Source of the DNA: Octopus vulgaris
Taxonomy: Eukaryota
Assembly (NCBI GenBank): GCA_951406725.2
Contig: OX597831.1
Span: 65,658,001 to 65,722,000 of the forward strand
Direction of reading: 5' to 3'
Length of the DNA: 64,000 nucleotides
Positions within the stretch are counted from its first letter, which is position 1, and each line of letters starts with the position of its first letter. Below the pieces are notes generated by a model, which made no database searches, had not been told where the DNA came from, and saw only the letters and a program-made list of their open reading frames with translations. The translations under genes and the position numbers were made by a program. Below are positions 1 to 12,242 of this stretch, in pieces.

Positions 1-7
1 TATATTC

Positions 8-192
8 GTTTATTCTTTTATTTGTTTCAGTTATTTGACTGCGGCCTTGCCTAAAGAGCTCTTCAGTCGAAGAAATCGACCCCATGACTTATTCTTTGTA
101 AGCCTAGTGCTTTTGTCGAACCGCTAAGTTACGGGGATGTAGACACACCATCATCGGTTCTCAAGCGATAGTGGGAGGGGTACAAAGACACA
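8..192 (-). mobile_element. SINE family B, 3' half
   Basis: Reverse complement of the SINE-B 3' portion (…ccgcagtcaaatgactgaaac) seen complete at 32471-32885. Confidence 0.8.

Positions 193-260
<68 letters not shown>
193..260. repeat. (CTAT)n microsatellite
   Basis: Direct read. Confidence 0.97.
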
Positions 261-370
261 TTTCTTTCTATAAATCAACCTTTACCACGACCGCTGTCAT
301 CTACTCCAACAACCACCGCTATTACCAACGTGCCAATTCCTTAATGACTAATAAAAACAGCAGCATTTAG

Positions 371-525
371 AGCGGCGAGCTGGTAGAATCGCTAGCACGC
401 CGGGCGAAATGCTTAGCGGTATTTCGTCTTCTGTTACGTTCCGAGTTCAAATTCCGCCGAGGTCGACTTTGCCTTTCATCCTTTCGGGTCGATTAAATAA
501 ATACCAGTTACGCACTGGGGTCGAT
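371..525 (+). mobile_element. SINE family A, 3'-truncated
   Basis: Head gcggcgagctggtagaatcgctagc, B-box-like gttcaaattcc and body gactttgcctttcatcctttcggg; matches copies at 6903 and 43119. Confidence 0.9.
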
Positions 526-744
526 GCATGTATGTGTGTATGTATGTATGTATACACACACACATACACACACATATATTTCAAAGATTTAACAAAAACA
601 CAACAAAAGGAAAATTTAACAAAAGCACAATTAACGGAAAGTTCGTAGCTAATTCCTCATCAGTCAACGTCTAGAACGCGTACATATAAATACACCTGTA
701 CTCCTATACGTGTGTACTCACCTTTAAGCAAGAAGACATATATA

Positions 745-1030
745 TAGTATCATTTTGAGAAAGGCAAAAGTCGTAAAAAGTTGCTGAATAAATATAACAT
801 CTGACCGTCCACATTGTACGACACCAGGGGAGCAAAGCTGCAAAATTAAAGGAATTTTTCCTCGTGTCAGACACAAGTTCAAAGACAATCGAAGGACGAC
901 GTCACACATCGCATCAAATACAAAGGGAAGACCTCGACATTGTGTTGCATGAATAGCTTTCAATAAAAGCTCGGAATTAGTATATATTTCGGGCCCAGGA
1001 TTATTGAGAAACTAAAGATTTTCAGAAAAT
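745..1030 (+). pseudogene. Decayed pogo/Tigger-type transposase N-terminus (CENP-B-like HTH)
   Basis: Manual translation across stops and frameshifts gives HFEKGKSRKKLLNKYNI*PSTLYD…EDLDIVLHE…ISGP, resembling Tigger/Jerky HTH domains. Confidence 0.5.
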
Positions 1031-1423
1031 GAATATTCGTCCGTAAGCTCTACGTTTCAGTAGAACAAAACTCTGTTATTTAGCCATATATATTTTTTAT
1101 TGGAAAGTAAAGGTGTTGTTAATTGGAAGTAAAGAGAATTTCTGCTAATATTTGTTAATTAATTGCTATAAAAAGCAAGTTTATACTACATCTGTAATGG
1201 ATTGCTGCTTTCCAAAGTACATTTCTTTAGGTCTGTATTTCTTCATTTTTCTCTCATTTCCGTTATATTCAGAATATTAAAGGATAATGAATTTTGTAAG
1301 GTGCAATGGTAATTCAGAGAGCGATAATCTTGATATTCGGAAAATTCAATTATCCAGCAATCCTCCGATCCCAGTGGACCGGATAGAAGGAGGGGTTTAT
1401 GTACATAGATTCATAGTAGATAA

Positions 1424-1900
1424 TACATACATGCATACATACATGTATGTATGTACGTATGTATGTATGTATGTATGTATGTATGTATGTATGTATGTAT
1501 GTATGTATGTATGCATGTATGTATGTATGTATGCATGTATGTATGCATGTATATATGTATGTATGTATTTATGTATGAATGTATACATGCATGTAAGTAT
1601 GTGTATACATGTATGTATGAATGTGTGTATGTATGTATTTATGTATGTATACATGCATGTAAGTATCTGTATACAAGTATGTATGTATGAATATGTGTAT
1701 GTATGTATGTATGTATGTATGTATGTATGTATGTATGTATGTATGTATGTATGTATGTATGTATGTATGTGTACGTTTGTATGTATGTATTCTGCATATT
1801 CATATGTTTGTATGTTTGTGTGCTTTGATGTGTGTGCATGTCAGAGTGTGTCTATGTGTGTGTGTGTGTGTATGGATTTTGTGACTATGTACTGCGTCTG
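1424..1900. repeat. (TATG)n / (TG)n microsatellite block
   Basis: Direct read; produces the spurious MYVC-repeat ORFs. Confidence 0.97.
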
Positions 1901-3137
1901 TATGTATGGATGTGCATCTCCATATGTGTCCCTGAGTGAAGTAAAGTGTGTGAGTGTATATGGTCATGTGTTTCAGTCTCCATTTGTGCATGTGTGCTTG
2001 TCTGTTCATATAAACTTATTTCATATTTATATTTTCCTAAAATTTTCGTTGTCTCTTGCAACCTTTTCACACTTTACAGTTTTCGGCTTCTAAATTTATT
2101 GTACAAAACTGCTCAGCTAATTTGTAAGTTTGTCTAATTAGTCACTTTTTTTCTGTGTTTAAGGTAGTAAATTAGCCAAATTCTACTTAAATAAGTATAG
2201 TGTTATTTGTAAACTATAATAAAATAAGTTTTGATATTAAATTTTAATTTTAGCTGCAATATATTAAGTAAAAAGTTTCTTATTCTTTAATTAGTAATAG
2301 CTTTTCCTGTACTTTTACAGGTGTAATAAATTGTCCTATATTTTTCCAGGTTTATAATCTTAAGAATATGACTTCTCATGCTCGCATCTTTCCATGTAAT
2401 CCGTGATTTTTCCAAGACATTGTTGTTATAAGATAATAAATAATTTGTCAATTAATAATTTAAAATTTTATCTTATAAAATACTGAAAGATAATATTTCA
2501 ATTTTTCCATGTATGTGATGATAATATCTCGATTGTTTTCGTGTTTAATTTAAATATATGTTGTGATTGAATTATTTGTTGTTACCCACCCACACGAAAT
2601 TAATGGCAGGAATTTTTACCATGTTGTTGGTTGTACCATGGCTCTTCAAAAGTTACAAACAACAAGACCCCAAAACCATCAGTTACCAGGCTCACCTTAA
2701 GTAACTAAATTTTGCAATATTAGGAGGTCACAGGAATTCATTCAACGAAAAAAATTTTTTCTAATGATTCCGGGATTGGGGGAGGACCCCCCCCCACCTC
2801 ATCCGAACCAAAACAAGGGATTTGCAGCATATTAAGAGGTCGGGGTACTTCCAATTTTTTTTTCTTAGTGAAAATCGTGCGGTTGTTAATATAGAAATTG
2901 ACCATAGTGCTGTTGTTATTTAGCCTCAAATAAACCCTGATACTGCAAACGAATCATCAAAGACATTCCAGCCTTCAGCAAACCGTCTTTTTAGGGATAA
3001 TCTAGGACATTACATACAATGTGCATGTCATTTAGCTAGGGGGATACTTTGGCTGCTATTTTTAGTGTATCGAGCGACCAGGTAGAGGCTCCTTCATTGG
3101 TTCGATAGGGTGATGAGATTTGTTTTACACGTATATG

Positions 3138-3176
<39 letters not shown>

Positions 3177-3646
3177 TATTTATATCATCGGCAGAAGTTA
3201 GAGAGTAAGCCAAAAGCGAGAGTTTCGTGTATTGGCACTTATCAAGCACGAATTTGTCCATTATCATTTTGTAACTTGTGACGAAATAACTTCTAAAATA
3301 CAAAATTTTGCCAAAAACGTTGAGAGTAAACCCTGTCCCATGTGACACATTCTACCAGTATCGGAAGCTTGTCTTTGCTGCAGACGAAGTAGGATTTGGA
3401 TATTTTAAACAATTCCCATTAAATAACTCCCATTGGTAGATATTTACAAGTAGTTATGGATTTCTCTACACCCAACGCTCTTGTTGCGGCCTTGTTAACT
3501 AAATTTCCTTTACATTCAGTCTGAAAATCATTGCTTAAACCAGACACAGGCATCCACTAAGATGCTGGATTACAAAACTAATTTCGAGAAACAAAAAGTT
3601 GCTGATGAATTTGGAAAAGGTGTCTGAATATTTGATAAAAATAATA

Positions 3647-4056
3647 GGCTCAGGCGTGGCTGTGTGGTAAGTAGCTTGTTTACCAGCCACATGGTTCCGA
3701 GTTAAGTCCCACTGCGTGGCACCTTGGGCAAGTGTCTTCTGCTATAGCCTTGGGCCGACCAAAGCCTTGTGAATGGATTTGTTAAACGGAAACTGAAAGA
3801 AGCCCGTCGCATATATATATATATATCTATATGTCTATATCCATGTGTGTGCATCTTTGTGTCTGTGTTCGTCCCCGCACCACCGCCTGACAATCCCCCG
3901 TGTTGGTGTATTTGCGACCCCGTAACTTAATGGCTCGACTAAAGAGGCCGATAGAATAAGTACAGGGCTTAAAAAATAAGTCCCGGGGCCGATTCATTCG
4001 ACAATCAAGTCAAGGCGGTGCCACAAATCTAATGACGGAAACAAGTAAAAGATAAA
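3647..4056 (+). mobile_element. SINE family B, full length
   Basis: tRNA-like head (ggcgtggctgtgtggtaag…gttaagtccc), ccttgggcaagtgtc core, internal (TA)n/(TG)n and gaaacaagtaaaaga tail; multi-copy in window. Confidence 0.9.
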
Positions 4057-4065
4057 ACATACAAG

Positions 4066-5330
4066 TTTGTTCACGGATTGGTCGGGAGAAAGAATTGGCG
4101 TCTGGTTTTTCTAAAAACATTGCAGTTGCTTTTAATTGAAACTTTCTGTTATAAAACTGGTCAATATATTACTCTGATCGGTACTCAGCTTTATACACTC
4201 AGCTGTGTCATGATAATACGAATAAAAGAAGCTCTGGCTTTAAGACGATGCTCTTAGTAAAGCCAGAGATTTTGTCCATGTGAGGGACAACTTCATTATT
4301 GCTGTTGAATCCAAAGCCCTTCTAAAAATCATTGGTGGCAGATCACTTGAAAATAACTCACATCCAACTGGAAATATTCAACTAGATAAAATTCACTTTA
4401 GAGATGACATATCTTCCCTCACAGAGGAAATACGTAATGATTATGTCCTTTTAATTGCATTTTCATTAATTACCAGCCCTCGTCAATCATTTTTCGTTAC
4501 CATTCGTTCTACGATATCAATTACGAATGCTATTGACGACTTGGTAAACTCATCAGTAATTTCAGCGTTTGATTCACTATAATAGTGAAAGATATAAAAC
4601 AGTTGAAAATTATCATTTCCGTTATCACTTACACACAACTGACACGTATTGAAGGCTTATTTTAGAAAATGCTATCATTTCAACAATCATTACAATGAAG
4701 CAACACACATACACCATTTGTCTACCCAGAATATTCTACTAAATACATCTATTCAGATCCTTTCCACTGTAAAGGAATATTTACTAAGCGTCATTGTCAT
4801 CAGCAGATATTTCAATTGGCCAATCGTAGAAAGATCAATCGATAGTGCCAAGGGCTTCATTGAAAATTTCCCCAGAAAATTTGTTCATATGGAATATCTG
4901 ATGAATTGTCGTATGATGTTAGACCAGGTTACACGTAGTCCTCAGCAAGAGACTTCCTTATAACTCGGATCGTTAATTGACAAATTCCATTAGTCACTTC
5001 CTACACGATAACAATTGCTGTGGTGACAAAGAAGTGAAAAATAGTAAAACACCGACAACGCTGGATCAAATTCTGAATTGGATACACGTCTTCCGAACAG
5101 CTATGCGCCAATATCGTAACACACCAGATATAACACAAAATCTCGCCATCACCAGAAATTTCCACATTTGGAGGCGCAATAAAGAATTTCAAATTTATAA
5201 GATAATTTTTGTGCGGGAAGAAAATCTTCACAGTCTGCACATGTAAATTGATTGAATTCGGTAATATGTTATGGGAATAAAGTCAGATTTAAAAATTCAG
5301 TTAAGACCAAACCCCTGAAAATGGGATGTC
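4066..5330 (+). pseudogene. Decayed Gypsy/Ty3 LTR-retrotransposon pol (RNase H + integrase)
   Basis: Fragments TDWSGERIGVWFF*KHC and DNFIIAVESKALLKI (RNase H), SRYFNWPIVER, YGISDELSYD and AMRQYRNTPD (integrase) lie in the expected order with many lesions; no LTRs seen. Confidence 0.7.
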
Positions 5331-5699
5331 ATGATCCACAGCTGAATATTATATAATGGTTCTAAAAGAATTAATGATTAACCTTAGGAATTACAACCGT
5401 GTTTCGTGGTCTGCTACCGCAACAGCTCCTTTATAGGATCTGGTTAGCTCAAGACATCACCAGGAGGAACCCTTGAGCTAACTGGATCCTATAACTAATG
5501 GAAATAAAAAAACATACAGTCAACTCCGTAATGAAACTTTATTCAAAGAGTCAGCAATATTCTTAATTTTCAACCTTCTTGTGATTCAAACATTTTAAGG
5601 AATCGCAGCATCCGGTTAATTGTTAATTAAGATCATTAACAATTATAAAACAGGTTACATATAAAGCAGGTTACATATAAAACATACCTGGCAATATGT

Positions 5700-6085
5700 G
5701 TGGAAGCACTCCGTCGGTGACGACGACGAGGGTTCCGGTTGATCCGAATCAACGGAACAGCCTGGTCGTGAAATTAACGTGTAAGTGGCTGAGCACTCCA
5801 CAGACACGTGTACCCTTAACGTAGTTCTCGGGGATATTCAGCGTGACACAGAGAGTGACAAAGCCGGCCATTTGAAATACAGGTACAACAGAAAAAGGAA
5901 GTAAGAGTGAGAGAAAGTTGTGGTGAAAGAGTACAGCAGGGATCACCACCATCCCCTGCCGGAGCTTCGTGGAGCTTTAGGTGTTTTCGCTCAATAAACA
6001 CTCACAACGCCCGGTCTGGGAATCGAAACCGCGATCCTATGACCGCGAGTCCGCTGCCCTAACCACTGGATCATTACGCCTCCAC
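5700..6085 (-). mobile_element. SINE family C
   Basis: Reverse complement of 50472-50856; TSD acctggcaata at 5686-5696 and 6084-6094. Confidence 0.93.
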
Positions 6086-6388
6086 CTGGCAATAATCTTC
6101 TATCAACAAAAGCTTCCCTGATATAGAAAATTTTAGAAGTCATTGCGGCTGTTTAAGTCTTCTTTATCATAAATACCTCCAGTAACTAAGAAGGAAGATG
6201 GCGAATATTACATTTAATTCCGCATTGTCTTCTACGTCTATGCTTAATAAAGTGTTATATTGTAACGTTATAGTATCTCTTTCACTTCATATATTCTGAA
6301 CTCTGTCATTTTTTTCGTGTTGTACCGAATACAAAATAGATAGCATTCTTATCTAATATTTCAGTTCATTTTGAAGAAAGAAACAGAA

Positions 6389-6392
<4 letters not shown>

Positions 6393-6436
<44 letters not shown>

Positions 6437-6500
6437 GATAAATACAATGCACGCTACAGAAATACATGCGTGCGAATATATTTACAGTTTCTCTGCAAGG

Positions 6501-6578
<78 letters not shown>
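6393..6578. repeat. (GA)n and (CA)n microsatellites
   Basis: Direct read. Confidence 0.95.
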
Positions 6579-6582
<4 letters not shown>

Positions 6583-6902
6583 GACGACACTCAACTGTCA
6601 ACTTGTAATATAATAAACATACATATTTATACAAGGTGCGCGAGGTATTTGAGGACATAACTAGTAATTTGATAAAAGCATCTAATCTAGCAAAAATCAA
6701 GAGTATTTTGATAAAAACTTGTGAGGTTGGTCCTGCCTGATAAGCTTAGCTATAAGATTATTCTATGAACCGCCTTCAGCTTCGATGATTGCTTCAATGC
6801 AGGACCAGAATCGTTGACATGCTTTTTCATTAAATAGCCCTTAATCATTTAGGACACCACCTGGATAATGGCAGCTTTCAATAAAGCTATGGTATTGTGA
6901 AT

Positions 6903-7136
6903 TAAGGCAACGAGCTGGCAGAAACGTTAGCACGCCGGGCGAAATGCTTAGCGGTATTCCGTCTGCCGTTACGTTGTGAGTTCAAATTCCGCCGAGGTCG
7001 ACTTTGCCTTTCATCCTTTCGGGGTCGATAAATTAAGTACCAGTTACGCACTGGGGTCAATGTAATCGACTTAATACCTATGTCTGTACTTGCTTGTCCC
7101 CTCTGTGTTTAGCCCCTTGTGGGTAATAAAGAAATA
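6903..7136 (+). mobile_element. SINE family A, full length, Tx1-type tail
   Basis: 12-bp TSD ggtattgtgaat at 6891-6902 and 7137-7148; inserted in the mariner element. Confidence 0.93.
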
Positions 7137-7382
7137 GGTATTGTGAATGTCGAATAGTTTCCCTTTCAACAAAGCTCCAATAGAATTAATTAGACTGGCC
7201 ACAAGGTTGGTGTTGCATGATCGCAAAAATTGTTTGAAATCTATTCTTGGGTTAGGTGGGCTTTGTGAGAAAGTGCTGAGTCTTGTTGAAACGTTTATGG
7301 CCTTCTACTGCCTTCCATCTAGAGATTGACAACTATCTCCTTCACCTCAGTGCATCAAGAAGCATTAATTCTAAGACTCTAT

Positions 7383-7695
7383 GGCTTTGGTCGGCTCGAG
7401 GCTATAGCAGAAGACACTTGCCCAAGGTGCCACGCAGTGGGACTTAACTCGGAACCATGTGGCTGGTAAACAAGCTACTTACCACACAGCCACGCCTGAG
7501 CCTATTATTTTTATCAAATATTCAGACACCTTTTCCAAATTCATCAGCAACTTTTTGTTTCTCGAAATTAGTTTTGTAATCCAGCATCTTAGTGGATGCC
7601 TGTGTCTGGTTTAAGCAATGATTTTCAGACTGAATGTAATTAAAATTTGGTTAACAAGGTCGCAACAAGAGCGTTTGAGTGTAGAGAAATCCATA
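7383..7695 (-). repeat. Inverted duplicate of 3455-3766 (unique flank + SINE-B head)
   Basis: About 240 bp (7399-7639) is the exact reverse complement of about 3510-3750; both ends are slightly diverged. Confidence 0.92.
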
Positions 7696-8374
7696 GACAT
7701 GAATGGCATGGCCTTCGTGATTCATCACACCCAAAACCCATCACGATTGCTAGAAACTTAGTGTACATCACTCTGGAGACATCAAAAAGATCTGCATATA
7801 AACCATCTGTCATTTCTCCGATGAGACTTTTGGCCTTGGTCGAAGCTTTTCTTCAGAGAAAAACCAAAGCAGGCTATGTTCGTGATGGTTTTTAATCTTA
7901 TTAAGTAATCGCTTGGAAAGGACCAGACCGTTTCCATACGTCTTTGCAATGAATTGGTCTCTCTTTAGGACATACGACTTGTATCGAATGTCCTTGTGGA
8001 CCACAGTTCTGATAGTCCACTTCGATACCTGAGATAATTTGGAGATGGCTTTCATTGACTTTCCGGGATTATCAACAATATTTTGAAGCCGCTGGATGAA
8101 TTGGGGTGTCCGAATGCTTAGAATGTGTTTTCTTTTTGATACAGTTGAAATATTTATGCCAGAGCCTTCCAATACCACCCGAAGATTGTGCACAAAAGAT
8201 CTTGTAACTTCAGAACGCAGTGTTCCGCACATATGGCCACAATGATTGCATGTCTTTTCATTTCTTGTTAGAATTTTATCTGAAAGAAATGAAAACTTTT
8301 TGATTGGTTTGTAAAGGGTATATACCGAAATTACGTGTCGTCAAATACTTTTTGCATTCTGTATGTGTGTGTGT

Positions 8375-8637
8375 ACATACATATATACAATACATACATA
8401 ATATATACATACATACATACACACATACATACATACATACATACATACATACATACATACATACATACATACATACATACATACATACATACATACATAC
8501 ATACATACATACATACATACATACATACATACATACATACATACATACATACATACATACATACATACATACATACATACATACATAATTGCATACATGC
8601 ATGCATACATACATACATACATACACACATACATACA
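8375..8637. repeat. (CATA)n microsatellite
   Basis: Direct read. Confidence 0.97.
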
Positions 8638-8639
8638 TT

Positions 8640-10029
8640 GTGGGATATTGTTTTGTTGTAAGAAGAGAGTTCCGACTGTCATATTTTTCTAAGTCTGGCA
8701 TAATATTCTTGGGTCATTCTATCTTTATTCACAATACTTTCGAATGCTATTTCTTCATCAGTGTCAAGATACTTGTAACATTCTTTTTGTGGGACAAGAA
8801 AGGTAGTGAGACCTTTGCTGCACAGGTCTGAGTGGGCGGGCAGAGCTGATTTTCCACATTTAACAGTTGATTATGATCATTTCTTTTGGCCAAATTCCAT
8901 TTCGATGTCAGCTGAAATTGTTATTAATTCAAGCTGTTTTTTGGCATTGTTAACGATTATCTCGAGTTCATTCACAAAGAAATTATGGGTTACGCTTAAT
9001 ATCCTTAGCAGTTGCATAGCCTAACATATAACCATTTGATTTTTGTAACAGGAATAATTAATGGATTCAATGCCAAAATTAACAGAATTTAAAAAAAAAG
9101 TCTCCTTAAAATATCCTATCTCCTTGAAAATCTCCTTGAAATATCCCATCAGAAATATAAACCACACTGGAGACGATCGTTCAGCTCTCAGTTCTAAGTT
9201 GCCTCATTTCTAGGTTGCCTTGGTCTTTGTGAGCCTCGCTATGACAGCAATTAAGATAGCAGACATTTTTTCAGCAGCCATGGAGTAAGAGAGTTCAATG
9301 CCTTTCTATAATCAAACCATACTGTTGCAAAGCTTCTATGGGTTTTTTTATGCCAGACAATACAGTTTTGTTTATCAAAAGTTGATTGGCGCATACCCAC
9401 ACTCTTTTCTTTCCACTCGCATGCTCATCGGTCACTATGTTGTTGGACTCACAACGATCCTGGAGGAATTGATTAAGGCAGCTTTGTACAGCTTGTTCAT
9501 AATTATTAGGCAAGCAATGGGCCTATAATTTTCTGCCAATTCGGTAGTTTCAGCCTTGGCTACAAGATTCTATAGCAAGTCAATCTGGTATGTCAAGCTA
9601 ACTTTCCGTAGTGATTTTGAATATACATATGAATGGTTTCCTGTAAAATGTCGACCTCTTGTATCAGTACCCAACTATTAGGTCCCTTCCACATGCCTTC
9701 CAGTTATGCAGTTTGCGTACAGCTAGTGTGAAAGTTTCCGGCTCAATTGTATCTATTGGTGTTGGTAATTCTCTCCTTACTGCATTTAGCCACGATGCAT
9801 TAAGGATGAAATCCCTGTTTTCGTTCCAGTTTTTCAACCGGAATGATTCACGAGGTTCTCGAGAAGAGGCTTTCTTAACAGTAACATTTCCCTTCCTCAT
9901 CTCCCTGTGGCTTAGAAGTAAACTTGTAATTTATACAGGATCGTTTAAAAATTCGTCTGCGGTGCTGAAAATTTTCGCTTAGCGCCTTGACTTCGTGTTT
10001 TAGAGTAATTAACCTTTCCTCAAGAGCTT
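8640..10029 (-). pseudogene. Decayed reverse transcriptase of an R4/Dong-like non-LTR retrotransposon
   Basis: Minus-strand fragments AVRKLHNWKACGRDLIVGY, RPIACLIIMNKL, CANQLLINKTVL, ECYKYL and EYYARLRKI*QSELS in RT order. Clade call is from motif recall. Confidence 0.7.
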
Positions 10030-10385
10030 GTATGTATGCATGTATGTATGTATGTATGTATGTATGTATGTATGTATGTATGTATGTATGTATGTATGTA
10101 TGTATGTATGCATGTATGCACGTACGTACATACATACATGTACACATACATATATGTGCCTTGGATCTAGGTTAGAAACCGGTTCTTTCTATGTTGGCAA
10201 GAAATCTTGAAATACACTGAATAATGACATACATTCATACACGTATACATACATACATACATACATACATACATACATACATACATACATACATACAAAC
10301 ATACATGCATGCATACATGCATACATGCATACATATACACATGTACTTCCATGCACATATATGTATGTCCGTACGTACGTATGTA
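10030..10385. repeat. (TATG)n and (CATA)n microsatellites
   Basis: Direct read. Confidence 0.95.
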
Positions 10386-10686
10386 TAGCTTTGCTTCTTT
10401 TGTGGTACAAAAATATAAATGTCAAAAGTGTGGTCAGCGTTGTTCTTAACTTTTTTAAAATTCCCCTCTTTTCCATTTTAACATCTCTATTACCCCTTTT
10501 ATAAACATACATATCAGGAAAAAGTTATTTTTGTATCCAACACAATTTATTATATAATATTATAGCTTTATATTAATTTATATTAATTTACTTAGGGGGA
10601 GCTCTAAGCAGTGGTAAGTGAAATTGTCACAGACACTAGGCAGACGACACTCTTAATTCAGCTCGTAGTTTCGTCTGTCTAGTGTC

Positions 10687-10732
10687 TGTGACTGATGAGG
10701 AGATAATTACTCCGAAATGCTAGCATCTCACA
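10687..10732 (+). ncRNA. Type I hammerhead ribozyme motif with intact core
   Basis: tgtga-CTGATGA-ggag ataatta ctcc-GAAA-tgc ta gca-TC-tcaca: stems I, II and III all pair; predicted cleavage after C10727. Confidence 0.8.
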
Positions 10733-11573
10733 ATCTGGGTAGATGGCGCTGCGAGCTGATCTAGATGTATACATACCATTTGTCAGACAAGCGAAATATA
10801 TTCTTCGTGGCAAAAAGCTTGTTCCCCAATCCGAACGTGCATCAAGCACATTCAGACTGATAATAACATTGCAATTCATATTGATTTAACCTTAACATCA
10901 TTAAAAAGCAACATGAAGGAAGATTAATCTAGCCAAAACAGTATGAATTATGATATAACGCTTTTTAACTAAATACCAATTTCCGCACTGGAATCCTCAA
11001 GATTTCTCAAGGAGCTGCAGTCTAGTTCAGTCGCACCCTCAGTCGTGCTGTAATCTCTGTAATAGTATGCGGGAGAACACACACACACACACACACTGGT
11101 TCGTCGTGTGTATTTCACGTGTACCATTGACTTATGTATGCCACGTGCTGCTCTGCTAAATGAAATTATTACAGTAATTCCCCCATCTTGACTTCGTGAT
11201 ACACTGGAAATCAAACAAAAAATTATGATGCACTTCGCAAGGAAAGTCGAATATTACTGGCGGCGATCTTCGCATGGAAAAGATTGTTTAAAATTAACAA
11301 TTTCAGGAAGATTTTTTTTCTCTTTTAGATACTACTGCTTGTTTTACTCATCATACTTGAGTGTAATAAAATTAGGAATACCACATTTTTCAAGACGCTC
11401 AAGAATTAATACAGATTTTGTAAGCCTTTAAAAGATATTTTAAAAAGTTAGTGCTAGCCCTTGTGACGCATATGGAGAGCAAGGCTGTGTCATCATGAGT
11501 AATAATTCTTTGCTGTGGGTCAGCAAAGAACATCGAGAGGAATTACTCTGATTTGAAACTTCAATATATTACA

Positions 11574-11959
11574 GTGGAAGCACTCCGTCGGTTACGACGA
11601 CGAGGGTTCCGGTTGATCCGAATCAACGGAACAGCCTGCTCGTGAAATTAACGTGTAAGTGGCTGAGCACTCCACAGACACGTATACCCTTAACGTAGTT
11701 CTCGGGGATATTCAGCGTGACACAGAGAGTGACAAGGCCGGCCCTTTGAAATACAGGTACAACCGAAACAAGAAGAAAGAGTGAGAGAAAGTTGTGGTGA
11801 AAGAGTACAGCAGGGATCACCACCATCCCCTGCCGGAGCCTCGTAGAGCTCTAGGTGTTTTCGCTCAATAAACACTCACAACGCCCGGTCTGGGAATCGA
11901 AACCGCGATCCTATGACCGCGAGTCCGCTGCCCTAACCACTGGGCCATTGCGCCTCCAC
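11574..11959 (-). mobile_element. SINE family C
   Basis: Near-identical to 45771 and 50472 copies; flanking duplication atattacagt. Confidence 0.93.
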
Positions 11960-12157
11960 AGGATATTACAGTAAATACCCAATGTCTATAAAGTGTTGAA
12001 GTTGAAATTCTTTTATTTCTGTGTTGCTAAATCAGGAAGTCACATGGAGGAAAAAAAACTATTCATGAACAACGATCAGATGCTTTCGTTTCGACGTCAT
12101 TCTACTTTTCTTCCATGTTAGCCCTGTTGACATATGTTTGCGCTCTACAGTCTTTTA

Positions 12158-12242
12158 GACTTAGTGAGCAATATCTATGACTTAGTCTATGACTTAGTGA
12201 GCAATATCTATGACTTAGTCTATGACTTAGTGCGCAATATCT
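12158..12242. repeat. 33-bp tandem repeat, about 2.6 units
   Basis: gacttagtgagcaatatctatgacttagtctat repeated. Confidence 0.9.

Larger units (their letters stand above)
6632..8361 (-). mobile_element. Decayed Tc1/mariner DNA transposon with two internal insertions
   Basis: Degenerate TIRs (ta|caaggtgcgcgaggtatttgaggaca vs rc ta|cagaatgcaaaaagtatttgacgaca) flanked by TA. Minus-strand ORF 7810-8232 (…NPGKSMKAISK…WFFSEEK) and C-terminal KACQRFWSCIEAIIEAEGG are mariner-like. Confidence 0.8.

Noticed and set aside
1287-2093. 268-aa ORF and other MYVC/HTYI/CVCV ORFs (also 8276-8701, 27159-28732)
   Set aside because: Translations of (TATG)n and (CA)n microsatellites that lack stop codons; no domain content.
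12158-12242. Repeat-spacer-like pattern resembling CRISPR
   Set aside because: The spacers are themselves repeated (simple 33-bp tandem), the context is eukaryotic and there are no cas genes.
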